Below, in pieces: positions 42,753 through 55,663 of a stretch of 64,000 nucleotides of DNA (within the stretch, counting starts at the first letter, position 1; each line of letters opens with the position of its first letter). Source of the stretch: the human T2T-CHM13v2.0 reference genome, Homo sapiens; NCBI RefSeq assembly GCF_009914755.1, contig NC_060926.1. One strand, written 5' to 3'. The notes beneath the pieces were generated by a model. That model was given only the letters and a program-made list of their open reading frames with translations, was not told the DNA's origin and did not search any database. A program made the position numbers and the translations under genes.

Positions 42753-44725
42753 GATTCTTCCATTTTCTAACAGTGTGACTTGGATAAAGTCCAGTAACAT
42801 TTCTGAACCCAAGTCTATCTCTCTACAAAGGGAAGAATACCCACTGTGTCACTCAAAGCATTGTGATGGAACTCCTTGAATGGTTTTTAAGTTGCCTTTT
42901 GCTAGAAAACTGGTGTGACCTTGTGTACTTAGTATCCAGGTGATCATTTGACTCACATGTTTTATATTCCAGAGATTTCGTTCACGAAGTGTTTTTCTGA
43001 AAACTCAGTGTTTGTAGCGTTGTTGGAAATTTTCCTCACGTCCTCACTGAATTTGTATTGAAGGAATCGAGTCTTTGAAAGATGGGTTTACCTCCCTGTT
43101 TAATAAGTCATAAGTCTGTCGTTTGAGTTGTCCCTGAGTGTGAGTCCTGGAGTTTGAGAACAGTGACTGCTGTGATCCTACCGTGATTTGATGGGCACTT
43201 CTAGGCACAGTGAAAGGGAAGTGGAAGTTTCTGGTTGACTTTGATTCAGTTCCAACACGTTCCTCAGGTAGGCCTGCAGAACTGCAGAGAGTGAAGTCAG
43301 CGGAGATGAAAGTGAAAAGGTGTAAAGTTCACATTGAATTTGAAGGCCTTCTCCTCTAAACTTAGATGTAAGAAACATTTTCTATGCTTCTAAGTATAAA
43401 ATGTCATTCTACATAAGAGGTGTATTTTAAAATGTCAGATATTAAACTGTCTGCGGTAACATTCCACTTTTCATGTCTAATGTTATGTCTGTATGAAAAG
43501 AAATGGATGAAATGCTAAGCTTGTTCAATTCGAATACATACCTGGAACTAAATCAAATGTGTTTCACTAATTCATAATCATTAAAAGTAAGCATTGGTAG
43601 ACCCTTGGCCTAATACTTCGAGATCTAACATTCACAGTTTTGTCTTATTCTGAGCCACCCCTAAGGTCGATGGCATGTTATAATTTAATGCGGACAGTTC
43701 TACTTCCCTCAGAGGATTGCTGTAAGGATTAAATAAACAATGTATGTAAAGCACTTGGCACGAATTTAAACCAGCATGCTCTTGTGTGGCTGGCAGTCCT
43801 GTAAGCTACTGGGGAAGTCTAGAGGGCTGCTGAAAATCGGCATCTCAGTTAGCCGTATTCCTCAGTTTAGGCTTCACAGAAATCCCAGGTGTCAAAGACC
43901 CGTTCCATACAGGGTGTTCCGTTGAGGGCTCATAACATGCACATTGCATTCAGAACAATGATAACTACAAACTCCTGCAACAGCTGACACCAACATTCCC
44001 AAACAGCAAACAGTTTTGGTTGTGAATCTTGGCTTCTCTCCAGTCTGTTCCCGTAACATATCAACGCATAGTTTGCACTGGAAATGAATCTGAGTTGATA
44101 GATTTTGTTGAGAATATGCTAGTAAACTAATTTAAAGGGATATGAGCAATGTGTATGTAACCTTCTGAATAGAGTTCCAAAGAGAATAGATCTCACAAAC
44201 ACCAAAGCCATTTTACGTCAAATAAACATCACTTCCACTGGGAAATGAGTGTAAATTTGTGTGTGTGTTTCTTATGAGCTGCTGCTATTATCTATTAATA
44301 AAACTGCCCAGTGTGAGAAAAAAGAAAAAGGAACTAGCTGGAGGCAGGATGTTGGTTTTTTTTTTATTATTATCCTGTTTTTTTCACAAACACTGAGGCA
44401 GCTTTTGTAATCCAGATGCAGAGAAGGTCACTTTTCAATTGTTTTAACACCTGCTGTCTATTAAAATGAACACAATTTCCACAAGCCATTGATAAATTCA
44501 GTCTGAAACCTACCTCAAGTGACGGTTTCCTTTATTTTGATAAAACTTTTGAATAAATAATGTGTCTGTCCAATTTCTGGTGTGTGTGTTTGCTATTTGA
44601 CTCTCATATCCCTCCTCTTACTATTTTATTTTCACAGTGCTTATAACAAAACAATAGTTTTTGGTACTGACAGTAGAAAGCTAATTACAAATAACAGCTG
44701 TGTTGTTCATAAAACAAAAGTGAAG

Positions 44726-44870
44726 CTAGGGCACAATGGTGCACACCTGTAACACCAGATACTTGGGAGGCTGAGGCAAGAAGATCGCTTGAGCCCAGGA
44801 GTTTGAGGCTGCAGTGAGCTATAATGGTGCCACTACCTGAGCGACAGAGCGAGACCCCATCTCTTAAAAA
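44726..44870 (+). mobile_element. Alu monomer (FAM/FRAM-like)
   Basis: Single diverged Alu arm. Confidence 0.75.
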
Positions 44871-45034
44871 TGTGACACACTTAGTCATTAATGAGACATA
44901 CTTAAAGTCTTGAATTGGCAATGGCTCTGACTACATCAGCAATATGTAATTTAAGAGCAGAGAAAATGTCTACTTAATCTATTAATTAATCATAGAATAC
45001 CACCAGACTTAATAGAAATATAATCTTGGTTTAA

Positions 45035-45467
<433 letters not shown>

Positions 45468-46035
45468 TGAGGCATTGCTCTGTCCCAGGGCTGGAGGAGC
45501 AGCAGCCCTCACTGCAGGCAGAACGCTGCTAACCCTCGCCTGTCAGCTTCCCCCAAGGCGTCACACTGGTCTAGACCCCGTGCAGTCTGTTGCTGCTGTG
45601 GAGGTTTACATATTAAAGCCATCCTGGGCATGTGTCTGCCTAGTGTATTCTCAGGGAGTTGTTTACTTACACTTTCCATGCTACGAAAATGGTTTCAGAT
45701 TTTGTAGATGTCCTGGGACATGAAATGCAGGTAAAAATACTAAATAGCTACCTTAAAAAGACTTTTTATAAAAGTATAAGTGCAGTAAAGTGGGCAACTC
45801 TTTAGCGTACAGCTCAATGCATTTTCACAATTCGAAAACACCCGTGTATGAAATACCCAGATCGAGACTCACGAGAATAGCAGAATCCCAGAGGCTCCCA
45901 GAGGACCCCTTCCAAACCCATTCTATCCCTCCTTCCCAAAGGCAAATGCTGCCTGACTAACACCAAAGGTTAATTTTTCCATTGTAAAGAAAGACTTCAT
46001 ATATAAGCTTTATGGGAATGGAATTATACAGTGTA

Positions 46036-46482
46036 CAGTTGACCCTTGAACAATGCAGGGGTTAAAAGGGCACCAACCCTCCAGGCAGTCAGAAATCTGA
46101 ATGTAACTTTTGACTCCCCAAAAATGTAACTGCTACCCACCTACGATTAACCAGAAGTTTTACTGATAACATAAACTGTCCACTAACCCATATTTTGTTT
46201 GTTGTATGTATTGTATAATGTATTCTTACAATAAAGTAAGCTGAAGAAAAAGAAAATGTTATTAAGAAAATCATGAGGAGGAGAACATATATTGACTGTT
46301 CATTAAATGGAAGGGGATCCTCATCAAAGTCTTCATCCTCATCGTCTTCATGTTGAGTAGGCTGAGGAGAAGGAGGAAGAGGAGGAGATGGTCTTGTTGT
46401 CTCAGAGGTGGTAGAGGTGGAAGAAAATCCACATATAAGGGAACCCATGCAGTTAAAACCCACGTTGTTCAAGGGTCCACTT
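46036..46482 (-). mobile_element. Tigger2a/MER28 DNA transposon
   Basis: cagttgacccttgaacaa...gttgttcaagggtc; homologous to 3491-3928. Confidence 0.85.
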
Positions 46483-46914
46483 TATTCTTTTGTATCTAGC
46501 ACCTTTCAACCTACTTATGATTGATCGTGAGATTCATTCACGTTCTTGCATGTAGATGTAGTTTGTTTTCATTGCTGTGTGTAGTATTCCACATATGAAC
46601 AGATCACAGCTTATTTATCCATTCCACTATTGAGGGACAGTTGGGTTGCATGCAGGCTTAGGTTATTGGGAGTAACACTGCTGAGATCATTCACATACAT
46701 ATCTTTCAGTGCACACACATACTCCTTGCTGGACTATGGGGTATACACATGTTCAGCCTCAGAAGACACTGACAAAAAAGTTTTCCACCATGTTTCTACC
46801 AATGTTTTCTTCCATTTTACCAATAAGAGTTCTGGTTGATTCCCAGGCTTCCTAACCCTTTGTATTTTCTATCTTTTTCTTTATTTTTAGAGTTGTAGTG
46901 TCATTCTCTCATAG

Positions 46915-47290
46915 GGCAGCCGTCTCCAACCTTTGTGGCACCAGGGACTGGTTTTGTGGAAGACAATGTTTACATGGACCATGGGGTGGGGGGCATGGTT
47001 TTGGAATGAAACTGTGCCTCTCAGATCATCAGGCATTAGTCAGATTCTCATAAGGAGAACACAACCTGTCTCCTTCTCATGAGCAGTTCACAACACGGTT
47101 CACAGTTCTGTGAGAATCTAATGCTGCCACTGATCTGACAGAAGGCAGGGCTCAGGTGGTAATGCGAGCCATGGCGAGCAGCTTTGCTTTCTCACCTGCC
47201 ACTCACCTCCTGCTTTGTGGCCCAGTTCCTAACAGGCCACGGACCGGTACTGGGGGGTGGGCGTCCGGTTACAGGGGCTTTAATTTGCAT
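46915..47290 (+). mobile_element. MER1 (hAT-Charlie) DNA transposon
   Basis: ccaacctttgtggcaccagggactggttttgtggaagacaa...cccagttcctaacaggccacggaccggtac. Confidence 0.85.
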
Positions 47291-47824
47291 TTCTCTGGTA
47301 AGAATGGTACTGAGAATCTTTCTGTGTACCTCTTTGACCGTCTGGATATTTTGTGAAGTGCCTATGGAAATCTTTTGACCCACTTTTATTGAATTTCCTC
47401 TATCTTTTTCTTATTGTTTGGTAGAAGATATTTATGTATTCTGGCACAAGTCTATGTTGAATGCCTTTATTGAAAAGATCTCCTCCCACCCTGTGGTTTT
47501 CGTTTTCTCTTTTTAAATGGTGTCTTCTAATGAACAGATTTTCCTAATTTTACTGAAATCTAATGCATCAACATTTTCTTTAAGATTAGTGCGTATTTGA
47601 TGTTCTCTTTAAGAAATTTTTTACAAACTTCAAGGTGAAAAAAAATTCTTCTATATTATGTTCTAAAAGCTTCATTGCTTTATCTTTCACATTTAGATCT
47701 GTAATCTATTGAGAATTAATTTTTCTATGAAAAATGTGTGTGTGAAGTAGATGGATTGAATTTCTGTCTTTTCTATATTAAAATTCAAATCAATCAGCAC
47801 TATTGATAAAAAGACCATCCTGGA

Positions 47825-48235
47825 CCACCTGTAGTCCCATCTACTCGGGAGGCTGAGGCAAGAGGACTGCTTGAGCCTAGGAGGTTGAGGCTGCAGTGAG
47901 CTGTGATTGCACTACTGCACTCCAGCCTGGGAAACAGAGCATGACCCTGTTTCTGAAAAAAGAGAGAGAGAAACAGAGAAAGAGAGAGAGATGGAGGGAG
48001 GAGGGAGAGAAGGAGAGAGTGAGAGAGACAGAGAGAGAGAAAGAAAGAGAAAGAGAGACAGAAAGAGAGGGATGGAGGAGGGAGAGAGGGAGAGAGTGAG
48101 AGAGACAGAGAGAGACAGAAAGAGAGGGATGGAGGAGGGAGAGAGGGAGAGAGTGAGAGAGACAGAGAGAGAGAGAAAGAAAGAGAGAAAAAGAGAAAGG
48201 AAGGAAGGTGGGGAGGAAGGAAGGAAGGAAGGAAG
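47825..48235 (+). repeat. Alu right arm (47825-47960) with an expanded ~280-bp GA-rich tail
   Basis: TSD aagaccatcct at about 47811 and 48233 brackets both the Alu and the purine tract. The tract contains an internal ~58-bp duplication. Confidence 0.85.
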
Positions 48236-49031
48236 ACCATCCTTTCCCCACTGCTCTGCAGTGATACCTTTGTCACTAGTGAGGTGTCCATATATGTGTG
48301 GGTCTCTCTCTGAAGGGCTGCTGGATTTTGTTGAATGCTTTTCTGCATGTTTAGAATGATCATATGATTCTCTCTGTTCTGTTAATGGAGTGAGGTACAT
48401 TGATTGATTTTTGTATGCATGTCTGGGGTAAGCTGCACTTGGTGGGTTACACTTATTATACACTGCTCAATTTTGCATGCTAAGATATTGTTGAAGATTT
48501 TTGCATCTACATTTATAGTTTTTAATTTTCTTTCTTTTAATATCTTTGTCAAGTTTTGTTATCAGGGTTATTTGGACCTCATAAAATAAATTAGGAAGTG
48601 CTCCTTTTCCTGTATTTTTTGAGAGTTTCTGTTATATTGCTATTTTCTTCCTTAAATGTTTGATAGAAGCCATCTGGGCTTGAAATTTTCTTTGTGGGAA
48701 GCTTTTGGCTAAGAATTCAATGTCTTTAATAGATATAGCACTATTCAAATTTTCCATTTCTTCCTAGTTTTGATAAGTTGTACCTTTCAAGTAATTTTAT
48801 TATTTCATATAAGTTGTGGGGTTTACCATATGAAGTTGTTCATAATATTCCACATTATTCTTTTAGTATCTATAGGATTTATAGTGATATTCCCTTTGTC
48901 ATTCCTGATATTGGTAATTTATATTTTCTCTTTTTTCGTTGATTGATCTTGCTAGGGGTTTATCATTTTTATCGATATTTTCAAAGGGGCAATCTTTGTT
49001 TTGATTAATTTTCTTTGTTGTTTATCTCCTA

Positions 49032-49455
49032 CATTAGTTATCTATTGCTGCATAACAATTATCCCCAAACCCAGTGACTTAAAACAACGCACATTTATTA
49101 GCTCAGGGTTTCTGTGGGGTAGGAATCCAAGCACAGCTTAGTGGGATGCCTCTGCCTTGAATTCTCCTCATGAGGTTGCAGTCAGGGAGAAGGCAGGTGC
49201 CGTGGTGTCATCTGAGGGCTCGGCTGGGGAAACGTCTACTTCCAAGCTTACCTGAGTGGCTGTTGGCAGGATTAAATTCCTCGTGAAATGTTGGACTGAG
49301 GAATCCAGTTCTTCCTTGGCTTTCCTTAGTTCTTTTCCACACAGGCCTCTCCAGCTCACAGAATGGTAGCTGAACTCCATCTGAGTGGGCAGGCAAGAGA
49401 GAGCATGAGAGGAGCAGCAAAAGGAGAGCCAGGGTCTTTCTTTAACCTCCTCCCA
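49032..49455 (-). mobile_element. MLT1 MaLR LTR
   Basis: attagttatctattgctgcataacaattatccccaaacccagtgacttaaaacaac. Confidence 0.8.
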
Positions 49456-50810
49456 GAAGCCACAGCTCATCCCTGTTACTTTTCTCTTCTCTCCGATTCT
49501 GCACTACCTCAGGTCTGAAAATGCCTGAAAAACAGACAATTCACAAATTTGATCCAGTTCTATCATTATTTATGATGGGAGGGCTGATCCAGTACCACTT
49601 AATTCATCAGGGCTGGAAAGAGTTATTCTTTTAATAAGTAATTGCTTTTGGCTTTTAGGCTCCATAGGACTTGTTGTTTCTCTGCCAAAAATTCTTTCTT
49701 TACACTTTCTGCTTCAGACTGTTTTGTTAACATCTGTTCTTTTTCTGTCTTTGCTACATCTAGATTTAATGACATCAGCAATAATTGTAGCATAAAGCTA
49801 ATAAGAATGGCAGCACCTCCATTTGTAGTACTGATGGCTTTCTTGTGACTGTAACTGATTGAGTTTAAAAATCATTTCAGAAAAGCCATGGATCATGAGA
49901 TACTATGCTATGAAATCATTACAATCATCTAGAATTTAAATGAATGGTATGTAGTCAAATTGTAATTTCATTTAACTTTTTAGTGTTCTATATACTTATT
50001 ATTGTTATTGTTTGTGAATACAGCTTCCAATTATCTACTTCAAATCTAGAAGTGACCTGAACTGTGAGTTCGGTTTTAGTTCTCTTGTATAGAAAGATTT
50101 GACATTGGAGCATCCAAACTTCCAACCTTTGGCTCCTCTTAGAGAAGGCCACCTCCTGGGCATGGGGCCCTCATCCACATTCCTCTAAAAAGGCACTAGG
50201 AACAAGAGTCAATGAAAAGTGCCCAGAGACCTGGAGATGCAAGGAGGAGGACAGGTGTGCAGGTTGGCTAGGTGAGGCCTGGGCTGCTGGCCCGTTTGTT
50301 GGTATCTCCACATTGCTGAGACAAATCAAGAGACTCTGTTTCCCCTGCTTATGGTTGACAGAATGTCTTCAGACTCTGAAAGAGGTTCTGGTGTCCTCCT
50401 AGTCTGATCCCAGCATGAAGGTCTTGACCCTGTGCTCACACACTGGCCATTCAGCTGATCTGGGACAATCACGTGCCAAATCAAACCTTTTGGTTTATTT
50501 GTTGAAAATGCAGGGATCTCTGGTAAGAATAAATCTCTGTTTTCCACAGAACCAGAAGTGAGAGTGAGATTACTTTTATTTCTGCTTCTTTCAAGGTCTT
50601 GGATGAGTTAAAAAAAAAAAAAGAGCTGAACTAGGATTAACGAGGCTCACTTTTGCTTTTTTCTGTGATACGGAAGTTCTATTATTATTAAACAATGTAA
50701 CGGATACAGAATTCAGACAGAGACAAATGGAGAAGATAAATAGCCAGATGTGGGGGGTGGGGGGAAGGCAAAGAAAGGAGAAATGGATAAACCATATAGA
50801 AGATGTGTTC

Positions 50811-51285
50811 TGTATTCATTTTTCATTATTTTGTAACTGATTGCCACAAACTCACTGACTTAAAACAGCCCCCATTTAGTATCACAGTTTCTGTTGTCCA
50901 GAAGCCGGAGCACAGCTTAGCTGGGTTGCCTTCCTGAGGTCTTCAAGGCTGAACTAGAGTGTTGACCAGGCTACGTTCCCTCCTGGAGCTCTGGGTCCTC
51001 TGGCAAGCTATTCCGGCTGTCGGCAGGACTCAAATGCCTGAAGTTGTGGCACTCCTGGAAGCCGCCCCCAGGTCCCAGGCACATGGTCCTCTCCCAGCAT
51101 GGCAGCTCATTCCTCCAAAGCCAGCTGGAGAACCTCTCTCCAGTCCACTACAATGAAGTCTCAGCAAGGGAGCGAGTGTTTCATGCCAATCACAGTCCTG
51201 CCCACATTCGAGAGGAGAGGGCTTAAAGGCATATCTAACAGGGGTGGGAATCTGGGTGACCATCTTAGAATTCTGCCTGCCACAT
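50811..51285 (-). mobile_element. MLT1 MaLR LTR
   Basis: ccacaaactcactgacttaaaacag...ccatcttagaattctgcctgccaca. Confidence 0.8.
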
Positions 51286-51506
51286 GCCATTAAATCAAGC
51301 ATGTGGCTAATGAAGAAAACACTTTGGCTAATGAAGAAAACAATAGACGTATTTGGAAGTGACGTCTCCTGCTGGCCAGCCTCTATCGAATGGAGATGCT
51401 CTGTGAAACCTCTCTCCTACGTGGGGTTGTTGCAAGGCTGGTTGGGTCATGCTTGTGAAAAGCCTCTGCAGAATGGACCCTGCTCTGCAAGTGTAAGGGA
51501 ATTAGA

Positions 51507-51607
51507 ATGTGTGTGTGTGTGCATCTGTGCATTTATGTATGTGGGTTCGTGTGCATGGATGTGTATGTGCGTGTGTGTGCGCGCACATATGTGCATGTGT
51601 ATGTGTG
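51507..51607. repeat. Degenerate (TG)n tract
   Basis: Alternating purine-pyrimidine sequence. Confidence 0.8.
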
Positions 51608-51734
51608 AAGCAAAGTATTCCACATCAGCTGTCTCCCTCTTGGCTCTCCCAATCCAGAGTGAGCCCACCTCTTGCCAGCTCCTCGTGGACCTTTGCTGTC
51701 TCTAGGTGCTTAACACCTCCCACCTGCTCTTGTA

Positions 51735-52790
<1,056 letters not shown>

Positions 52791-55309
52791 CCAACTGTAG
52801 AGTTTGCGCCTTGATCATTTTTTGCATTCCCTTTTGTGTCATGAATAAAGGAAGCGAATCCACTCTAGACGTGACCTCTTGTAAGGCTGAGCGCGGTCAT
52901 GGCACAGTAGGGAGGGGCTGCTGCTGTCCTGAGGTCCTGGTAAGCGGATTCCACCTGATCCCTTCACTGAGCATCTCTTGAGTGCTTGCAGTCAGCCCAG
53001 GAAAACGTCATCTAAATGGCGCCACTCTCCAGGGCCTCTCCTGTTTTAGAGATGTTCTGTGTTTCATAATGGCACAAGACGCTACTTTGAACCGCTTTCC
53101 TTTATTACAAAAAATAAAAGGTGCTAAACACACACATGCTTTAAACACTGGCAGTAGAGTAGTGACCAGTAGCCTTCAGGGCAACTTGCAGTAGACCCTG
53201 GTGGCCAGCTTCACATGTGCAGGCAAACCCAGCTTGCAGGTGGTGCATCAGTCTCTTGACAGAAGCGAGGGGTGTGGGGTAAAGGTACCATCAGCAAGCC
53301 AAGGCTGTTTACATGGGCTCACTGAGAGCTGGCAAGAGGGCTATTGCTCATGGTGTAAAATAAATACTAGTGGTGGGGCAACATAAATCTTCTGGCTGAA
53401 GGAATTATTAGTGGCACATTGACCTGGTGTGAACTTGTAACAAGTTAAGAGGCATTATTGATAGCTTTTCTCATTCTCCAGGCTCAGAGAGGGTTACCTT
53501 TTACAGAAATGTAAACACACCAGACATGCTTTCAATAACAATTGTCAACCATGTCCCAGCTTAGACTAAAAATTCCCCCTTGGTTAGGTTTTTTGACACT
53601 GTACTTAAGACTAAACTTGTAACATGAATGCTAGCAATGTCGAGCACTTGGAATCTCAAGCTGTTTATCAGACGAGGGCTGTTCCTTATCTTCTCGGTGA
53701 AAGATAAACCAAAACATGCACCAGAAACCACCACATGTTTTCCTTCCCAATATGGGCGCCTTTTTTCTAGAGAAGAAAATTTTAGTTCCGTTTCTTCTTC
53801 CAGAGCTGAGACCTTTCACTAAACGACACATTACTGCCTAGCGGCCTACGTGAGCTCTTTCTGGGGCTGAGAACTGCAAGCTCCTCTCCTGCACAGCAAC
53901 TCCTTCAGTTACTTCATTCCTGTGTGGCCTTCAAAGATCAGACGAGTCACACATTTGCCATGGCCCGCTCCTACCAGCCCTGTCTGTGGCCAGCTCTCCC
54001 TCATCTAAACTCCTGCAGGATTGTTTGCTTTTTTAGGTTGTAAATGGCGGGAAAAAATTGACTCCAGTTGGCTTAGCAAAAAGATATGTTTAGTGGCTTG
54101 CAAACCTGAGACACTGGGTGTTAACACTGCCTCCCCGCAAAGCTGAACCTGGGGCTTCCTCTCTTTTTCCCATATACTAGAATCTCATTCTCTGTGACCA
54201 GATTCACTGTCCCTGCCCGGCAATGTAGACAGGATACTTCTCTAGCTTATCTCAAGTCAGCCATGTATCTGCCAATATCAGATCATTTAAAGAGTTACAG
54301 GACTTACATCACTTTCATCTGGATCTCTTTCCCTCCCTCCCCCTTTTTCTTTCTTTCTCGTGTATAAATAAACAGATCTTGCCTCACATGCAATTAGAAG
54401 ATCTGAGTACTAGGACATCTTTTCTGTTTTTCTGGGCCCTTGGAAGTGAGCTGGTGATTTATGTTATCAACAATTGAAAGCCATACTAATTGATGGACAA
54501 TTAATACTTTTACTACTTATGGCAAATGAAAATGTTTGACTTTATAGTTATTGCTGCATTTCTTTTTTGAATAAATAAAACCATTCTTGTGACTAAAGTG
54601 AAAAATGTATCTTTATCAAACAAATCTCATTTGAGTGGCAAAGGACAAAGGGTTGGTTCTGCGTTTCCTTTGAGTCCTAGAAACCCAAGGGAGCATCAGC
54701 ACTTCACTGTCCCCCACCATGATGCAGGGCCACTTTCCTGTGGCACCTCCACCTTGGAGCCTACTCTGTTCTTGACCTGCGCTCCTCTCTAAGAAGAGAG
54801 GGTGGGGACAAAGAGAAGGCAGAGAAAGCAGAAAAAAGCAAGATGGCAGGCTCAAATCCCACGACATCAATAATTACACTATATGCAAATCGCATAAGTG
54901 CTCTGGCCAGAGAGGAAGGCTTGAAACACCCTGAAATGCCTTGTGTCTCCACCTGGCGAGGTCTGATGAGGGAATCTGGGACCAGGCTTACAACCTACTG
55001 TTTTGAGTTGTGCTTTCTCCAGAAAGAAAAGCCCTGAATGACTCCAGACATAATCATTGTCTATGCTGCCTTTCTGACCCCATCAGTGGGGACCTTTAGA
55101 AGAAACGGCCAGGCCTGCATGGGCCTGGGTTTCAGTCCTGACTCTGCTACCAATCAATAGAGTCAGCTCTGGCTGGTCTTATCTCCATGCTTCGAAGCCC
55201 CACATAACTCCAGAGTCCTCATCCAGAAAACAGCTGTGATGGCATTTTTCCTACAAACTACTCAGGATGGTTTTGGGAACAAAATAATATCAAAAAACTG
55301 AATGTAGCT

Positions 55310-55663
55310 CTATTAGTCCATTTTCACACTGCTATAAAGAACTGCCTGAGACTGGTAATTTATAAAGGAAAGATGTTTAATTGACTCACAGTTCTGTATG
55401 GCTGGGGAGGCCTCAGGAAACTTACAATCATGGCGGAAGGTGAAGGAGAAGCAGGCACCTTCTTCACAAGGTGGCAGGAGAGACAGAGCGCAGGGGAAAC
55501 TGCCACTTTTAAACCATCAAATCTCATGAGAACTCACTATCATAACAGCATGTGGGGAAACTGCCCCGTGATCCATTTACCTCCCACCAGGTCCCTCCCT
55601 CAACACTGGGGGATTACAATTCGAGATGGGATTTGGGTGGGGAAACACAGCCAAACCATATCA
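55310..55663 (-). mobile_element. MSTA/THE1 solo LTR
   Basis: tattagtccattttcacactgctataaag...ccaaaccatatca. Confidence 0.88.

Larger units (their letters stand above)
45765..49020 (-). mobile_element. Old L1M fragment with nested Tigger2a, MER1 and Alu
   Basis: Antisense L1 3' UTR/ORF2-like sequence throughout. Confidence 0.7.

Noticed and set aside
47800-48463. ORFs of 124-187 aa
   Set aside because: GA-rich tract, Alu and L1 remnants.
54843-55037. ORF MAGSNPTTSIITLYAN... and an ATGCAAAT octamer
   Set aside because: Resembles the decayed N-terminus of L1 ORF2p (MTGSNSHITILTLNVN); the octamer is probably incidental.
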